This document shows positions 1 to 9,010 of a DNA stretch of 64,000 nt, piece by piece. The position numbers were made by a program, and so were the translations under genes. Below the pieces are notes generated by a model that saw only the letters and a list, made by a program, of their open reading frames with translations, was not told where the DNA came from and ran no database searches. The number at the start of each line of letters is the position of its first letter. The first letter of the stretch is position 1. The stretch is from the NCBI GenBank assembly GCA_034429135.1, contig DAOUGR010000034.1, positions 12,503 to 76,502 on the forward strand, in the 5' to 3' direction. Source of the stretch: Anaerolineaceae bacterium (GTDB lineage Bacteria > Chloroflexota > Anaerolineae > Anaerolineales > Anaerolineaceae).

Positions 1-538
1 TGGGATCCACCGATGTGACATCTTCACCATCAATCGCAATGATCTCATCACCTGGAAGCAAGCCCGCTTCTTCGGCTGGTGAACCAGGCATGGGGCTGAT
101 GATGGTCAGATAATCGCCTGTGGTATCTACCCATGCGCCAATCCCGGTATACGAACCCTCAAGGGGCATGTTGGCCTGTTTGAATTCCTCAGGGTCCATG
201 TAGCCAGAATGTTCATCGCCAAGCGCGTTAATCATACCGCGTATGGCTCCCTGCATCAGTTTCAGGTCGTCTACGGGTTGGTCGACGTATTGGTTATGGA
301 TGATATCCCAGGATTCCCAGAAGGGGGCAAATAATTTTTCCAGGTCTGAAGAATCAGAAGGATCTGACGCGGTTTCTGTTTTTTCCGTTAAGACTGATGA
401 AATATCAGTAATTGAATTTATCTGCGAGGCGGAAGGGATTAACCAACCGGCGATAAGACCGCCGGAAAAAGCGCCTGCCAGAAGGAAGAGCGAGAGAAAG
501 ATGATTAAGATGGTTCTTCCGGTGTGATTTTGGTTCAT
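1..538 (-). CDS. S41-family carboxy-terminal processing peptidase, N-terminal part only (gene continues beyond window start)
   Basis: Own translation of the minus strand from the ATG at 538-536: MNQNHTGRTILIIFLSLFLLAG... (TM anchor), then GAIRGMINALGDEHSGYMDPEEF and a PDZ-like stretch ISPMPGSPAEEAGLLPGDEIIAIDGEDV. It is missing from the ORF track because no stop lies in the window. ATGA start/stop overlap with the upstream ORF at 535-538. Confidence 0.6.
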   Translation of the reverse strand, partial: MNQNHTGRTILIIFLSLFLLAGAFSGGLIAGWLIPSASQINSITDISSVLTEKTETASDPSDSSDLEKLFAPFWESWDIIHNQYVDQPVDDLKLMQGAIRGMINALGDEHSGYMDPEEFKQANMPLEGSYTGIGAWVDTTGDYLTIISPMPGSPAEEAGLLPGDEIIAIDGEDVTSVDP

Positions 539-822
539 TCGTTGTCTCCAGAATGCGTTTGAGTTTTTATGTTTTCACGCATCATTTTTTGGTTTTTTTG
601 TAATTGTTCGACTTTTTCAGAAAGTTCTTTCATTTTCTTATTTTCATTTTGGAACGGGTCTTTGAGGAGCTGCCCGGTGTCTCGTAATTTTGCGATCCAG
701 TGATCCTTTGCGTAGTTATCTTTTTTCTTCATGCTGGTGAAGAGGCTGATATTGAGGGATACGATTAATAAAATTAGAAAGATAATTAATATCCAGCCCA
801 GTGTGGAAATCGAATGATTCAT
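535..822 (-). CDS. Small membrane-anchored coiled-coil protein (hypothetical)
   Basis: 95-aa ORF with one N-terminal TM helix (GWILIIFLILLIVSLNISLF) and a Lys/Glu-rich helical tail. It is translationally coupled (ATGA) to the downstream S41 peptidase. No family recognised. Confidence 0.45.
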   Translation of the reverse strand: MNHSISTLGWILIIFLILLIVSLNISLFTSMKKKDNYAKDHWIAKLRDTGQLLKDPFQNENKKMKELSEKVEQLQKNQKMMRENIKTQTHSGDNE

Positions 823-825
823 GAA

Positions 826-1482
826 TTATTTAACCTTTAATATGTCTGAATTAGCAGGGATGACAGAAGGTAAATCCAGCAAGGATAACACTGCTGCATC
901 TGCACCATCAGACCGAAATTCGCTTCCCACCTGTATGGTATAAACCCCAAACTGCCTTGCGGCTAACAGGTTGCGGGGAGAATCATCCAGGAGCACACAG
1001 TTTGCAGGTTCAACAACGCCTGCGATCTCGAATGCCTTTGTGAATGCCTCAGGGAAGGGTTTGCACCAGGGACTGATCTGGGTAATATCGATAATTTGAT
1101 CAAAGACTCCATCAAGACCAAGAACCTTGATCACACGTTGTGCATGATCATGGCTGGCGTTGGTAAAGATCACTTTACGTTCCGAATAAAGGCTCAAGAT
1201 TTCACCCAATTCTTTATCTGGATGGAGGTATCGCTCAAGAGGAATATCGTGAACATACTTGAGAAAGTCGTTTTCGTCGATATTGTATTCTGTTTTCAAT
1301 CCTCGCAACGTGGTTCCATATTTGCGAAATAGGTTTTCTCGTAAAACCGGAACTTCAGATCGATCGAAACCGAGGACTTCGATCATGTACAAATTCATTT
1401 TTTCGGCAACTGCATTCCAAACGCCCGATGTAAATGGATAGAGTGTATCATCCAGATCGAAAAACATGGCTTCAAAATTCAT
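826..1482 (-). CDS. HAD-superfamily hydrolase, pyrimidine 5-prime-nucleotidase-like
   Basis: HAD motif I FDLDDTLY, motif III K in WCKPFP, motif IV LLDDSPRN. The overall pattern matches SDT1/pyrimidine-nucleotidase type HAD-IA proteins. Start set at the internal ATG (MNFEAMFF); the track start at 1521 is also possible. Confidence 0.7.
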   Translation of the reverse strand: MNFEAMFFDLDDTLYPFTSGVWNAVAEKMNLYMIEVLGFDRSEVPVLRENLFRKYGTTLRGLKTEYNIDENDFLKYVHDIPLERYLHPDKELGEILSLYSERKVIFTNASHDHAQRVIKVLGLDGVFDQIIDITQISPWCKPFPEAFTKAFEIAGVVEPANCVLLDDSPRNLLAARQFGVYTIQVGSEFRSDGADAAVLSLLDLPSVIPANSDILKVK

Positions 1483-1558
1483 AAGCAAAAGTATACCCTC
1501 TTTTCTGCGTACAGATGTCAAGGATTATGGAGATTATGTCTAGTATATAATTGACAGG

Positions 1559-3304
1559 ATGACGATCAAAATTCTTGCAGATGAAGTAGCCTCACAGATT
1601 GCTGCCGGTGAAGTGGTGGAACGGCCTGCATCAGTTGTTAAAGAGCTTCTGGAAAATGCTATCGATGCTGGAGCCAGCCGCATCACCATTAAAGTGGAAA
1701 ACGCTGGAAAGAAAACGATAGAAGTAGCCGATAACGGTGTGGGAATTTCGACCGATGACCTGCCACTGGCGATCGCCCGCCATGCAACCAGCAAACTTGC
1801 TACCGCAGAGGATCTGTTTCATATCCGTACCCTCGGATTCAGAGGGGAGGCGTTAGCCTCCATTGGTTCAGTCTCGCGCATGACTGTCCTTTCCAGAAAT
1901 CCAAATTGTGAAACGGGCGGCAAGATCGTTGTGGAAGGTGGAAAACTGATAGCGCATGAATCTACTGGGGGAGCAGCAGGAACCGTGGTGAGAGTTGAAG
2001 ATTTATTCTATAACACTCCGGCAAGGTTAAAATTTCTCAAACGCGATCAGACTGAAAAACAGCAAATTGATGGATTGGTAACCCGGTATGCACTGGCGTA
2101 TCCTGAAAAAGCCTTTCATCTCATGCAGGAGGATCAAGCGGTGTTGCGCACAACTGGCAACGGCAACCGCAGAGAAATCCTGGCGCAATTGTATGGTGTG
2201 GAGCTGGCCCGACAATTATTGGAAGTTGTATTCGAAGAGGAAGGTCTAAAAATTACTGGTTTCATCAGTCCCATTTCCATCAATCGTTCAAATCGAAAAG
2301 ATATCACCTTTTTTATCAATGGCCGTTGGATTCAAGATGCCGCGCTGAATACAGCTTTGATCAAAGCCTATCAGACGTATTTGATGGTAGGAAGATATCC
2401 TCTAGCAGTGCTGTTTGTGGAGTTAACACCTGAAGAAGTGGATGTTAACGTCCACCCGGCAAAGGCGGAGGTGCGTTTCAAGCAGCCCGATTTGATCTTT
2501 ACTTCTGTGCAGAGAGCCGTCAGACGGGCTCTTTTGGCATATTCGCCCGTGCCGCAACTGGCACCCGCTCCATGGAAGATTGAATTACAGGATAGCGCAC
2601 AGCAATTATCCTGGCAGGAATCCCACATCACATGGGATGAGCGAAAAGAGAGTGATGATCAACAGCCGGCGTCTGTGCAGACGGTTGATGCCGTTCAAGG
2701 GTTACCCGGTGCAATACCGATTCTGCGGTTGATCGGACAGATCGGTGCGACTTATCTTGTGGCGGAAGGACCGGATGGGCTGTATCTGATTGATCAGCAT
2801 GCTGCCCATGAACGAGTGTTGTACGAGAAAATGACCGGGTCTAGAGAAGCAATCTCATCGCAGATTCTTCTGGAACCGGTAGTGATGCAGCTTCCCCCTC
2901 AATCTGCTGAAATATTAAAAGAAAATCTGGATGTGATCAATCGGATCGGCTTTGAAGTGAGTGAATTTGGGGTCAATACTTTTCGGTTGACAGCGGTTCC
3001 CGAATTGTTCATTCGAAACGATCCGCGGCTTGCCATTCGCAGTGTTATCGAAGACTTTGAGGAAGATGAAACCCCACTGCAGGGCATGATTGAAGAGAGA
3101 ACGATCGCTAGAATTTGTAAACGGATGGCAGTTAAAGGGGGAACGGTTTTATCGGTCGATGAACAACAGACTCTGATCCGTGATCTTGAAAATTGCCTTT
3201 CACCCCGAACCTGCCCTCATGGGCGGCCGACGATGATCCATTTATCGGTTGATTTATTAGAAAGGCAATTTGGCAGGCGCGGTGCCAGATCATCCTCGTT
3301 TTAA
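1559..3304 (+). CDS. mutL: DNA mismatch repair protein MutL (endonuclease type)
   Basis: N-terminal GHKL ATPase motifs (GEVVERPASVVKELLENAIDAG, DNGVGI). C-terminal endonuclease motif DQHAAHERVLYE (DQHAxxExxxxE) and CPHGRP. Confidence 0.95.
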   Translation: MTIKILADEVASQIAAGEVVERPASVVKELLENAIDAGASRITIKVENAGKKTIEVADNGVGISTDDLPLAIARHATSKLATAEDLFHIRTLGFRGEALASIGSVSRMTVLSRNPNCETGGKIVVEGGKLIAHESTGGAAGTVVRVEDLFYNTPARLKFLKRDQTEKQQIDGLVTRYALAYPEKAFHLMQEDQAVLRTTGNGNRREILAQLYGVELARQLLEVVFEEEGLKITGFISPISINRSNRKDITFFINGRWIQDAALNTALIKAYQTYLMVGRYPLAVLFVELTPEEVDVNVHPAKAEVRFKQPDLIFTSVQRAVRRALLAYSPVPQLAPAPWKIELQDSAQQLSWQESHITWDERKESDDQQPASVQTVDAVQGLPGAIPILRLIGQIGATYLVAEGPDGLYLIDQHAAHERVLYEKMTGSREAISSQILLEPVVMQLPPQSAEILKENLDVINRIGFEVSEFGVNTFRLTAVPELFIRNDPRLAIRSVIEDFEEDETPLQGMIEERTIARICKRMAVKGGTVLSVDEQQTLIRDLENCLSPRTCPHGRPTMIHLSVDLLERQFGRRGARSSSF

Positions 3305-4077
3305 TGATTTCTGAGCGATTTGACTGCTTCTAGAATTTTTGGCAATCCCTCAGCCACATCCACAGAGAAGGCTAACACTGCCAGTTGATCAAGAAAAGTT
3401 GGGGTGAGATTGACGATGATTAATTTGCATCCACGAAGGCAAGCACCATATGGCAGTGAAGCAGCGGGGTTGACCTCGAGAGATGAACCAGCCACCAGCA
3501 TGACATCAGCCTGCTCAACTTCACGTTCAGCCTGCTCCCAGGCCTGTTCTGGAAGAAGTTCTTCAAACAAGGTGATACCTGGTTTCACGATTGATCCGCA
3601 GCGTTTGCAACGAGGAATCAATCCTGCCAAAATTTCATCAATGACCTCCGATGTGTTTTCTTTTTGTTCGTGGCATTTGAGACACACATAAGAGAACATC
3701 GATCCATGTAATTCGATCACATTTCTTGAACCCGCTCTCTGATGCAACCCATCAATGTTTTGCGTGATGATTGCGTGGGCGATACCCATATTTTCTAATT
3801 CAGTTAAAGCAAGGTGAGCAAGATTAGGTTTCGCCGCGCACGATGCCTGCAGCAAAGGTCTCAGCCAGTTAAAAAACTTATCGGGATGGTAATGGAACGC
3901 AGTTGCGGACGCAACTTCCATTGGGTTGTTGTGTTGCCATAAGCCTGTTTTAGTACTGCGGAAGTCTGGGATACCCGAAGGGGTAGAAATTCCGGCACCA
4001 GTGAAGATCACCAAGTGCCGGGAATGGTTGATGATTTCCGCTGCCCGAGTGGTGTAATCCTGGTCTGTTCCAGGCAT
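3301..4077 (-). CDS. NAD-dependent protein deacylase, Sir2 family
   Basis: GAGISTPSGIPDFRS, TQNIDGLH, catalytic His in ELHGS, and a zinc ribbon CLKC...CKRC. 258 aa is typical for bacterial sirtuins (CobB-like). Confidence 0.9.
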   Translation of the reverse strand: MPGTDQDYTTRAAEIINHSRHLVIFTGAGISTPSGIPDFRSTKTGLWQHNNPMEVASATAFHYHPDKFFNWLRPLLQASCAAKPNLAHLALTELENMGIAHAIITQNIDGLHQRAGSRNVIELHGSMFSYVCLKCHEQKENTSEVIDEILAGLIPRCKRCGSIVKPGITLFEELLPEQAWEQAEREVEQADVMLVAGSSLEVNPAASLPYGACLRGCKLIIVNLTPTFLDQLAVLAFSVDVAEGLPKILEAVKSLRNH

Positions 4078-5241
4078 TTATTCAGCTCTAGATTGAATGA
4101 GTTTGGCCAGTTCTTGGATTTGCTGGCTAAATAGATTGTCAGGCTGATACCTGCTGAGGGGGACCTGTTTTTGGATCGCCTGGTAGATTAACTCTGGTAC
4201 TGCAGGGATCATGACGCGTACCTGATTTGTGGGAATCATCTTTGAGACCTGGTCAGCGGTGAGCTGCATTTCTGAACGGGTATGGTTATACAGAACCAAA
4301 TCAATGTTCTTGCTGATCGTTGAAGTCATCGCGCCGACTTCCTCTATGACCGTTCGTGCCCGCTTAACTGTGGTTGGCAAAGCGTCAGTCAGGATTAAAA
4401 TCTCCTGGCAGCGCGTGATCACTTTCTCAAAACCCGGGAAAAAGGGAGTTCCGATATCAAGGAAAAGTACATTGGTTATTTTTGATAATGAATTAATGAT
4501 AGCGCTTGCCTTATCACCAAGCGTATCACAATCAAGACCTCCAAGTTTATTCGAGGCAAGTAAAAGCCTGACGCCAAAAGATGTTCCAGTTAAACTACTT
4601 TCACAGGCTTGTGGTGTAATGGCTGAAATATCCAACGCAAGTAAGTTTTCGAGCCAGTTTGAAGGAGAGATTCCCAGTTCACCAGCCCAGCACCCCTGAC
4701 CAGGGCGTAACTCGGCAGCGATGACATCACTTTTTGTGAGCTGCGCGTAACTGGCTGATAGATTCTTTACCAGAGTGGAGGTTCCAAGACCACCCTTTGC
4801 TCCAATGACACCGACAATGAAGCACTTTCGAATGCCTGCCGCTGGCGAGGAAGTGGTTAATGGTTTCGGCTTGGCACGTGCCAAGAGAGATCTTACATGG
4901 GCAACCAGCTCAATCGGATGAACGGGTTTGGTGAGGTAATCATCCGCGCCGGCTTCATAACCCGCAACTTTGTCGTCGACCTGGCCTTTGGCTGTGAACA
5001 TAATGATTGGCGTTTCACCAATCTCAGGGTCTTTACGAATTTCCTCGGTTACCTGATAACCGTCCATATCAGGCATCATAATATCAAGCACAATCAGGTC
5101 GGGAACTTCCTTGCGCGCCATCGTCAATGCCTGGGTACCGTTGTTCGCAGCAAGGATCGTATATCCATGACCTTGAAGCATTTTACCGATCAGTACCAGG
5201 GTCTCTAAATCATCATCAACAACAAGGATCTTTTCTGCCAT
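4078..5241 (-). CDS. Response-regulator receiver domain fused to a TadZ/CpaE-like (ParA/MinD-fold) atypical ATPase domain
   Basis: Canonical REC (ILVVDDD, LIVLDIMMPDMDG, FTAKG, LTKP). A Pro/Ser linker follows, then VIGAKGGLGTSTL (deviant Walker A lacking the GK[ST] lysine) and LFLDIG (Walker B-like). Confidence 0.7.
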   Translation of the reverse strand: MAEKILVVDDDLETLVLIGKMLQGHGYTILAANNGTQALTMARKEVPDLIVLDIMMPDMDGYQVTEEIRKDPEIGETPIIMFTAKGQVDDKVAGYEAGADDYLTKPVHPIELVAHVRSLLARAKPKPLTTSSPAAGIRKCFIVGVIGAKGGLGTSTLVKNLSASYAQLTKSDVIAAELRPGQGCWAGELGISPSNWLENLLALDISAITPQACESSLTGTSFGVRLLLASNKLGGLDCDTLGDKASAIINSLSKITNVLFLDIGTPFFPGFEKVITRCQEILILTDALPTTVKRARTVIEEVGAMTSTISKNIDLVLYNHTRSEMQLTADQVSKMIPTNQVRVMIPAVPELIYQAIQKQVPLSRYQPDNLFSQQIQELAKLIQSRAE

Positions 5242-5347
5242 ATTTCCCTCAGTTTTCTTCTAGTAAAGTCAGTCTAGCATAATCTGAAATCGATGGCAAG
5301 TAAGATTGTCATAAAAATCCCGTTTGGGCAGATGCTATAATCCTGTT

Positions 5348-6769
5348 ATGGATTGCGATCAAATCTTGAAGAATTTGCGGCAAATATGTGGAATTGACCC
5401 GCAGCGACCTGTGCTGGCAGGTATCTCAGGAGGGCCTGATTCCATTTGCCTGCTGGATCTACTGCACCGATTTGAGATCAATACCATCGCTGCACATCTT
5501 GATCATTCGTTACGGTCTGAATCTGCATCCGAAGCAGATTTTGTTGCTCGCAAATGCGATGAATATGAAATTCCATTTGTCTCTAAAAAGATTGATGTAG
5601 CAGAATTTTCCAGACAAAAATCTCTGGCTATTGAAGAAGCCGCTCGCGAATTGAGGTATGAGTTTTTGTTTGAAGAGGCACAAAAAGCCGGAGCGCAGGC
5701 TGTGATGGTAGCTCATCACGCTGATGATCAAGTGGAGACGATATTAATGCACTTAATGCGCGGCAGCGGTTTGAGTGGACTGGCGGGGATGCGGCTGCTA
5801 TTGCTTCCCAATCCCTGGAGTAAAACCATTCCGCTCATCAGACCTCTGCTGTACACCTGGCGGGATGAGATTATTGATTATTGTCATCATCGCGGCCTCG
5901 ATTTCGTGAGAGATCAATCCAATCTTGATACACGCTATTATCGCAATCGGATCCGGCACGAGTTGATTCCCATGCTGCAAACGTATAACCCTCAAATCAA
6001 GCAGAGGCTTCAAAAGGCGAGTGAAGTGATTGGTTCTGAAGAAGATTTCTTACAATCGATGGTGGAAGAAGTCTTCGATGACGTTATGGTGCAAAAGAAT
6101 GAACGGTTCATTGAATTTAAACGAGAAAGGATGAAAGTTCTGCATCCTGCATTGATCCGGCGCATTGTGCGCAAATCAATTTTTATGCTGAATCAGAGTT
6201 TAAGAGATGTTGACTTTGATACGGTTGAGAGAGGGGTTAATTTTATCAGAGAGTTAAACCGCTCAAATCAGGAGGTACTCTGTGCGGGGTTGTCGATATT
6301 TTCTGGTTTTCACGACCGACTTGTAATTGCTTTTGATGATGACCCGTTACTCGATCTTTGGCCGCAATTAATGACCAGGTCACAACTTTCCCTTCCAACA
6401 CATGGGGCAATATGCATCAATGAAAAGTGGATTGTGAGCACCCAGGAGGTGGATGAATGGAAGCCTGTCAACGACCCCTTTGTGTGCCAGATTGATATCG
6501 GCCAGTTAACAGAACAACTGGTGATTAACACGGTTCAGCCGGGCGATCGCTTCATGCCATATGGAATGAATGGAAAGGTGAAAAAACTGAGTGACTTTTG
6601 GACGAATGAAGGGTTGCCTTCGAGAGCGAGAAAATTATGGCCGCTGGTACGTTCAGGTGACCAAATTATCTGGGTTCCAGGGTTTCGAATTGCTGAAACG
6701 GTTAAAGTAACAAAGGCTACAAAGCACATTCTCCAAATCGAAGTTAAAAAAAATGATCCGGCAGTGTAG
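5348..6769 (+). CDS. tilS: tRNA(Ile)-lysidine synthase
   Basis: PP-loop motif GISGGPDS, AHLDHSLR, and HHADDQVETILMHLMRGSG. C-terminal TilS substrate-binding domain (GDRFMPYGMNGKVKKLSDFW). Start set at the first ATG (MDCDQ), 8 codons inside the track TTG. Confidence 0.88.
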   Translation: MDCDQILKNLRQICGIDPQRPVLAGISGGPDSICLLDLLHRFEINTIAAHLDHSLRSESASEADFVARKCDEYEIPFVSKKIDVAEFSRQKSLAIEEAARELRYEFLFEEAQKAGAQAVMVAHHADDQVETILMHLMRGSGLSGLAGMRLLLLPNPWSKTIPLIRPLLYTWRDEIIDYCHHRGLDFVRDQSNLDTRYYRNRIRHELIPMLQTYNPQIKQRLQKASEVIGSEEDFLQSMVEEVFDDVMVQKNERFIEFKRERMKVLHPALIRRIVRKSIFMLNQSLRDVDFDTVERGVNFIRELNRSNQEVLCAGLSIFSGFHDRLVIAFDDDPLLDLWPQLMTRSQLSLPTHGAICINEKWIVSTQEVDEWKPVNDPFVCQIDIGQLTEQLVINTVQPGDRFMPYGMNGKVKKLSDFWTNEGLPSRARKLWPLVRSGDQIIWVPGFRIAETVKVTKATKHILQIEVKKNDPAV

Positions 6770-6785
6770 AGCCGGATCTTTTATT
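6755..6785. terminator. Bidirectional rho-independent terminator between tilS and the Xer-like gene
   Basis: 8-bp GC-rich stem gatccggc / gccggatc with an 8-nt loop. An A-run lies upstream and a T-run downstream, so it works on both strands. It overlaps the tilS stop codon. Confidence 0.5.
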
Positions 6786-6788
6786 CGA

Positions 6789-7679
6789 TTATTCACCTGC
6801 AAGCTGGCGTAATTTCATACTAATCTCGCGCCACTGAATCTTGGAAATGCCCATTTTTTGCCGGATGGTTTCTTTTTCAACACCAGATCGCCAATCGTTT
6901 AATGCACAGGTCCAACGGCACATATCAAAGGAAAGGTGTTTATCCAGGCCGGCGTCTCTGCCAATGTCTTCAAGCAGATATTCCAATCTACGTGGAGACC
7001 ATGGAAACACCTGGTCGATTGGATGGTATTGTTCGAGATATTCCTGATATGCACTGACCCAATCAGCAGTGAGCGGGATATTGCGTTCTTTATAACGGCT
7101 GCTGCTGGCAGAGTAGCGAACAAACAGGCGTGGACCTTTAGCGCCTTCAAGTTCGATATGATTGAGATTGAGACCCAAACACTCGCCTTTTTTAATTCCG
7201 GTGGTGAGCAGGAGAGTCAGGAGTGTGTAGGGGCGCGCATCGGCTTTTTCAGCGGTTCGTAGTTTCATGGCGCTTTCCACGACTTTTAATTCTTCGTCGG
7301 GGGTGAGCACATGAGGCAGCGGACTGATCACAGATTTCTGCAGCACTTTTTCTGCAGGATCGGAAGACAATCTGCCCGATTGCGTCAGCCAGCGGAAGAA
7401 GGACTTAATTGATGTGATGCGGCGTGATAAACTTTTAGGGCTGCAAGGTACGCTGCGCCCAGATTGTAACCAATCGAGAAAATGATTGATGTCGTTCAGT
7501 GTAATACTGCCGATCGTGGTATCTGCTGGAAAATAGCTCGCAAAGAGATTGAGATCACCGATAAAAGCTTTTACCGTAAAATTTGATTTTCCTTGATCTT
7601 GCAGAAACAATTCCCAGGCGCGGATGGCTGGGAGGAAGGGAGTATCTGCGGTGATATGAATTTCAGGTTGAATGTTCAT
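6789..7679 (-). CDS. Tyrosine-recombinase (XerC/D) family homologue, apparently lacking the catalytic Tyr
   Basis: N-terminal SAM-like core-binding domain (FTVKAFIGDLNLFASYF, SRRITSIKSFFRWL). The catalytic domain has Arg I (DARPYTLLTLLLTTGIKKGECLGL) and KERNIPL. The HxxR box reads FDMCRW, and there is no Tyr in the last 62 residues. Confidence 0.65.
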   Translation of the reverse strand: MNIQPEIHITADTPFLPAIRAWELFLQDQGKSNFTVKAFIGDLNLFASYFPADTTIGSITLNDINHFLDWLQSGRSVPCSPKSLSRRITSIKSFFRWLTQSGRLSSDPAEKVLQKSVISPLPHVLTPDEELKVVESAMKLRTAEKADARPYTLLTLLLTTGIKKGECLGLNLNHIELEGAKGPRLFVRYSASSSRYKERNIPLTADWVSAYQEYLEQYHPIDQVFPWSPRRLEYLLEDIGRDAGLDKHLSFDMCRWTCALNDWRSGVEKETIRQKMGISKIQWREISMKLRQLAGE

Positions 7680-7773
7680 GTAATCCTGCTTTCCGTAGAA
7701 TATTTCGCATAGCCTACGATTTACAGTTTACAAAAATTTTTACAGTTTGTCAACAATTAATTTTTTATTTAGG

Positions 7774-8799
7774 TTATTTATAAAATGCCTGCTGGATGAT
7801 TTCGCCCACGAGGTTTTCATCAGGAATAAGAACCATAGCCCCTGTATAAGGAACAATATAATCGTAAGTTTGAGCAGCACCAATAGCATAGCGTTCTATG
7901 ATCGAAGGGTTACTGATCACTTTGCTTGCCAGGGGGAGCAATTTTACAATGACATCCAGTGGAAGATTGGTTTCGACACTGGATTTGAACATATCATACA
8001 GTTCAGCCGATCGATTCACTGCATCCAGGCTCATCAGTTTTTGAAACAACGCGAGCATGACTTCTTGAGCTCGGCGTGTACGGTCAAAATCATTTGTCGA
8101 ATAACGTGAGCGCACATACCATAATGCAGTTGCTCCGTTCATGGTTGTGGTGCCAACAGGGATGTAGCAATACTTGTTCACTGCTTGAGGAAGATCACAT
8201 CTATCATAAAGCTCTTGCGCAGCATAGACGTTAATACCACCCAGAGTGTCGATAATATTCTTAAACCCGGTGAAACTTGTCATCATGTAATAATCGATGG
8301 CCACGTCGAAATTGGTCTCGAAGGTTGCCTGCGAAAGCGCAAAACCACCATATCCCTGGGCAGCATTGATGCGTTCATAACCTACGCCGGGTATGTTCAC
8401 ATAAAGGTCTCGTGGGAAAGAAGTAATGGTTACCCTGCTTGTTTCAGGGTTGAGCGAGAGCACCATGATCACATCCGTTCGGTACCCCTGATTTGATCGC
8501 CAGTCAGAACCAAGAAGCAGAATATTGATCTGTCCCTTCGGCCGAGACAAATTGATATTAATAGAAGAAGGCGCGTTTTCTTCTGGAGTGGCTGTTGGTT
8601 TCGGTGTGGAGGTTGGCAAGAGGGTAGCTGTAGGCAGAATGGGTTGGAAAGGAGTAGGTGAGGGCAAGTATTTCTGCCCTGCATTGAGGAGGAGATCAGA
8701 GATTGGCACAACCGTGGAATGAACGGGTGAGTTGGTGGATACGCTGCATCCTGAAAGCAGCAAGGCTATGATGAAGAACAATGTGATCCCTTTGCGCAT
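7774..8799 (-). CDS. LytR-CpsA-Psr (LCP) family cell-envelope glycopolymer ligase
   Basis: Lipoprotein-like signal (LLLSGCS), a Thr/Pro linker, then LCP core motifs INILLLGSDWRS, RTDVIMVLSLNP and SFPRDLYVNIPG. Start set at the ATG at 8799; the track start at 8841 is TTG. Confidence 0.85.
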   Translation of the reverse strand: MRKGITLFFIIALLLSGCSVSTNSPVHSTVVPISDLLLNAGQKYLPSPTPFQPILPTATLLPTSTPKPTATPEENAPSSININLSRPKGQINILLLGSDWRSNQGYRTDVIMVLSLNPETSRVTITSFPRDLYVNIPGVGYERINAAQGYGGFALSQATFETNFDVAIDYYMMTSFTGFKNIIDTLGGINVYAAQELYDRCDLPQAVNKYCYIPVGTTTMNGATALWYVRSRYSTNDFDRTRRAQEVMLALFQKLMSLDAVNRSAELYDMFKSSVETNLPLDVIVKLLPLASKVISNPSIIERYAIGAAQTYDYIVPYTGAMVLIPDENLVGEIIQQAFYK

Positions 8800-8880
8800 A
8801 TTCAATATTCTACTCCAGTTCTTGATTCGTGATTGATGCAATATTTTGAGGCGATTTTCAAAGAAATCAAAGCCAGCAGG

Positions 8881-8908
8881 TTGACAAGCAGAAATTGTTT
8901 GATAGAAT
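8881..8908 (+). promoter_or_regulatory. Near-consensus sigma-70-type promoter for tRNA-Leu
   Basis: TTGACA (8881-8886), a 16-nt spacer, then TAGAAT (8903-8908). The -10 element ends about 13 nt upstream of the tRNA 5-prime end. Confidence 0.5.
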
Positions 8909-8921
8909 TACGTACAGTTAA

Positions 8922-9006
8922 GCCGAAGTGGCGGAATTGGCAGACGCGCTACGTTCAGGGCGTAGTGGGCATTACGCTCGTGAGGGTTCAAATCCCTCCT
9001 TCGGCA
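8922..9006 (+). tRNA. tRNA-Leu (anticodon CAG), class II with long variable arm
   Basis: Folded manually. Acceptor GCCGAAG/CTTCGGC plus discriminator A. Anticodon stem CTACG/CGTAG with loop TTCAGGG. Long variable arm; T-arm GAGGG-TTCAAAT-CCCTC. The 3-prime CCA is not encoded (the sequence continues CCT). Confidence 0.9.
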
Positions 9007-9010
9007 CCTG

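Noticed and set aside
243-527. 94-aa plus-strand ORF at the window start.
   Set aside because: It lies antisense inside the much better supported minus-strand S41 peptidase N-terminus, which has a TM anchor and PDZ motifs. It has no RBS or motifs.
3301-3304. mutL and the sirtuin gene converge and share a 4-nt TTAA containing both stop codons.
   Set aside because: This is real but a trivial consequence of genome compaction. No functional implication can be supported.
8469-8722. Overlapping small ORFs on both strands inside the LCP gene.
   Set aside because: They coincide with the Thr/Pro linker region of the LCP protein. They are alternative-frame artefacts without starts or RBS.
6789-9006. 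A recombinase-family gene within about 1.2 kb of a tRNA-Leu gene, which could mark an integrative element boundary.
   Set aside because: The recombinase is Xer-sized, lacks the catalytic Tyr, and is separated from the tRNA by a housekeeping LCP gene. I saw no repeat of the tRNA 3-prime end elsewhere by eye (not an exhaustive search). Flanking genes on both sides are core functions with similar composition.
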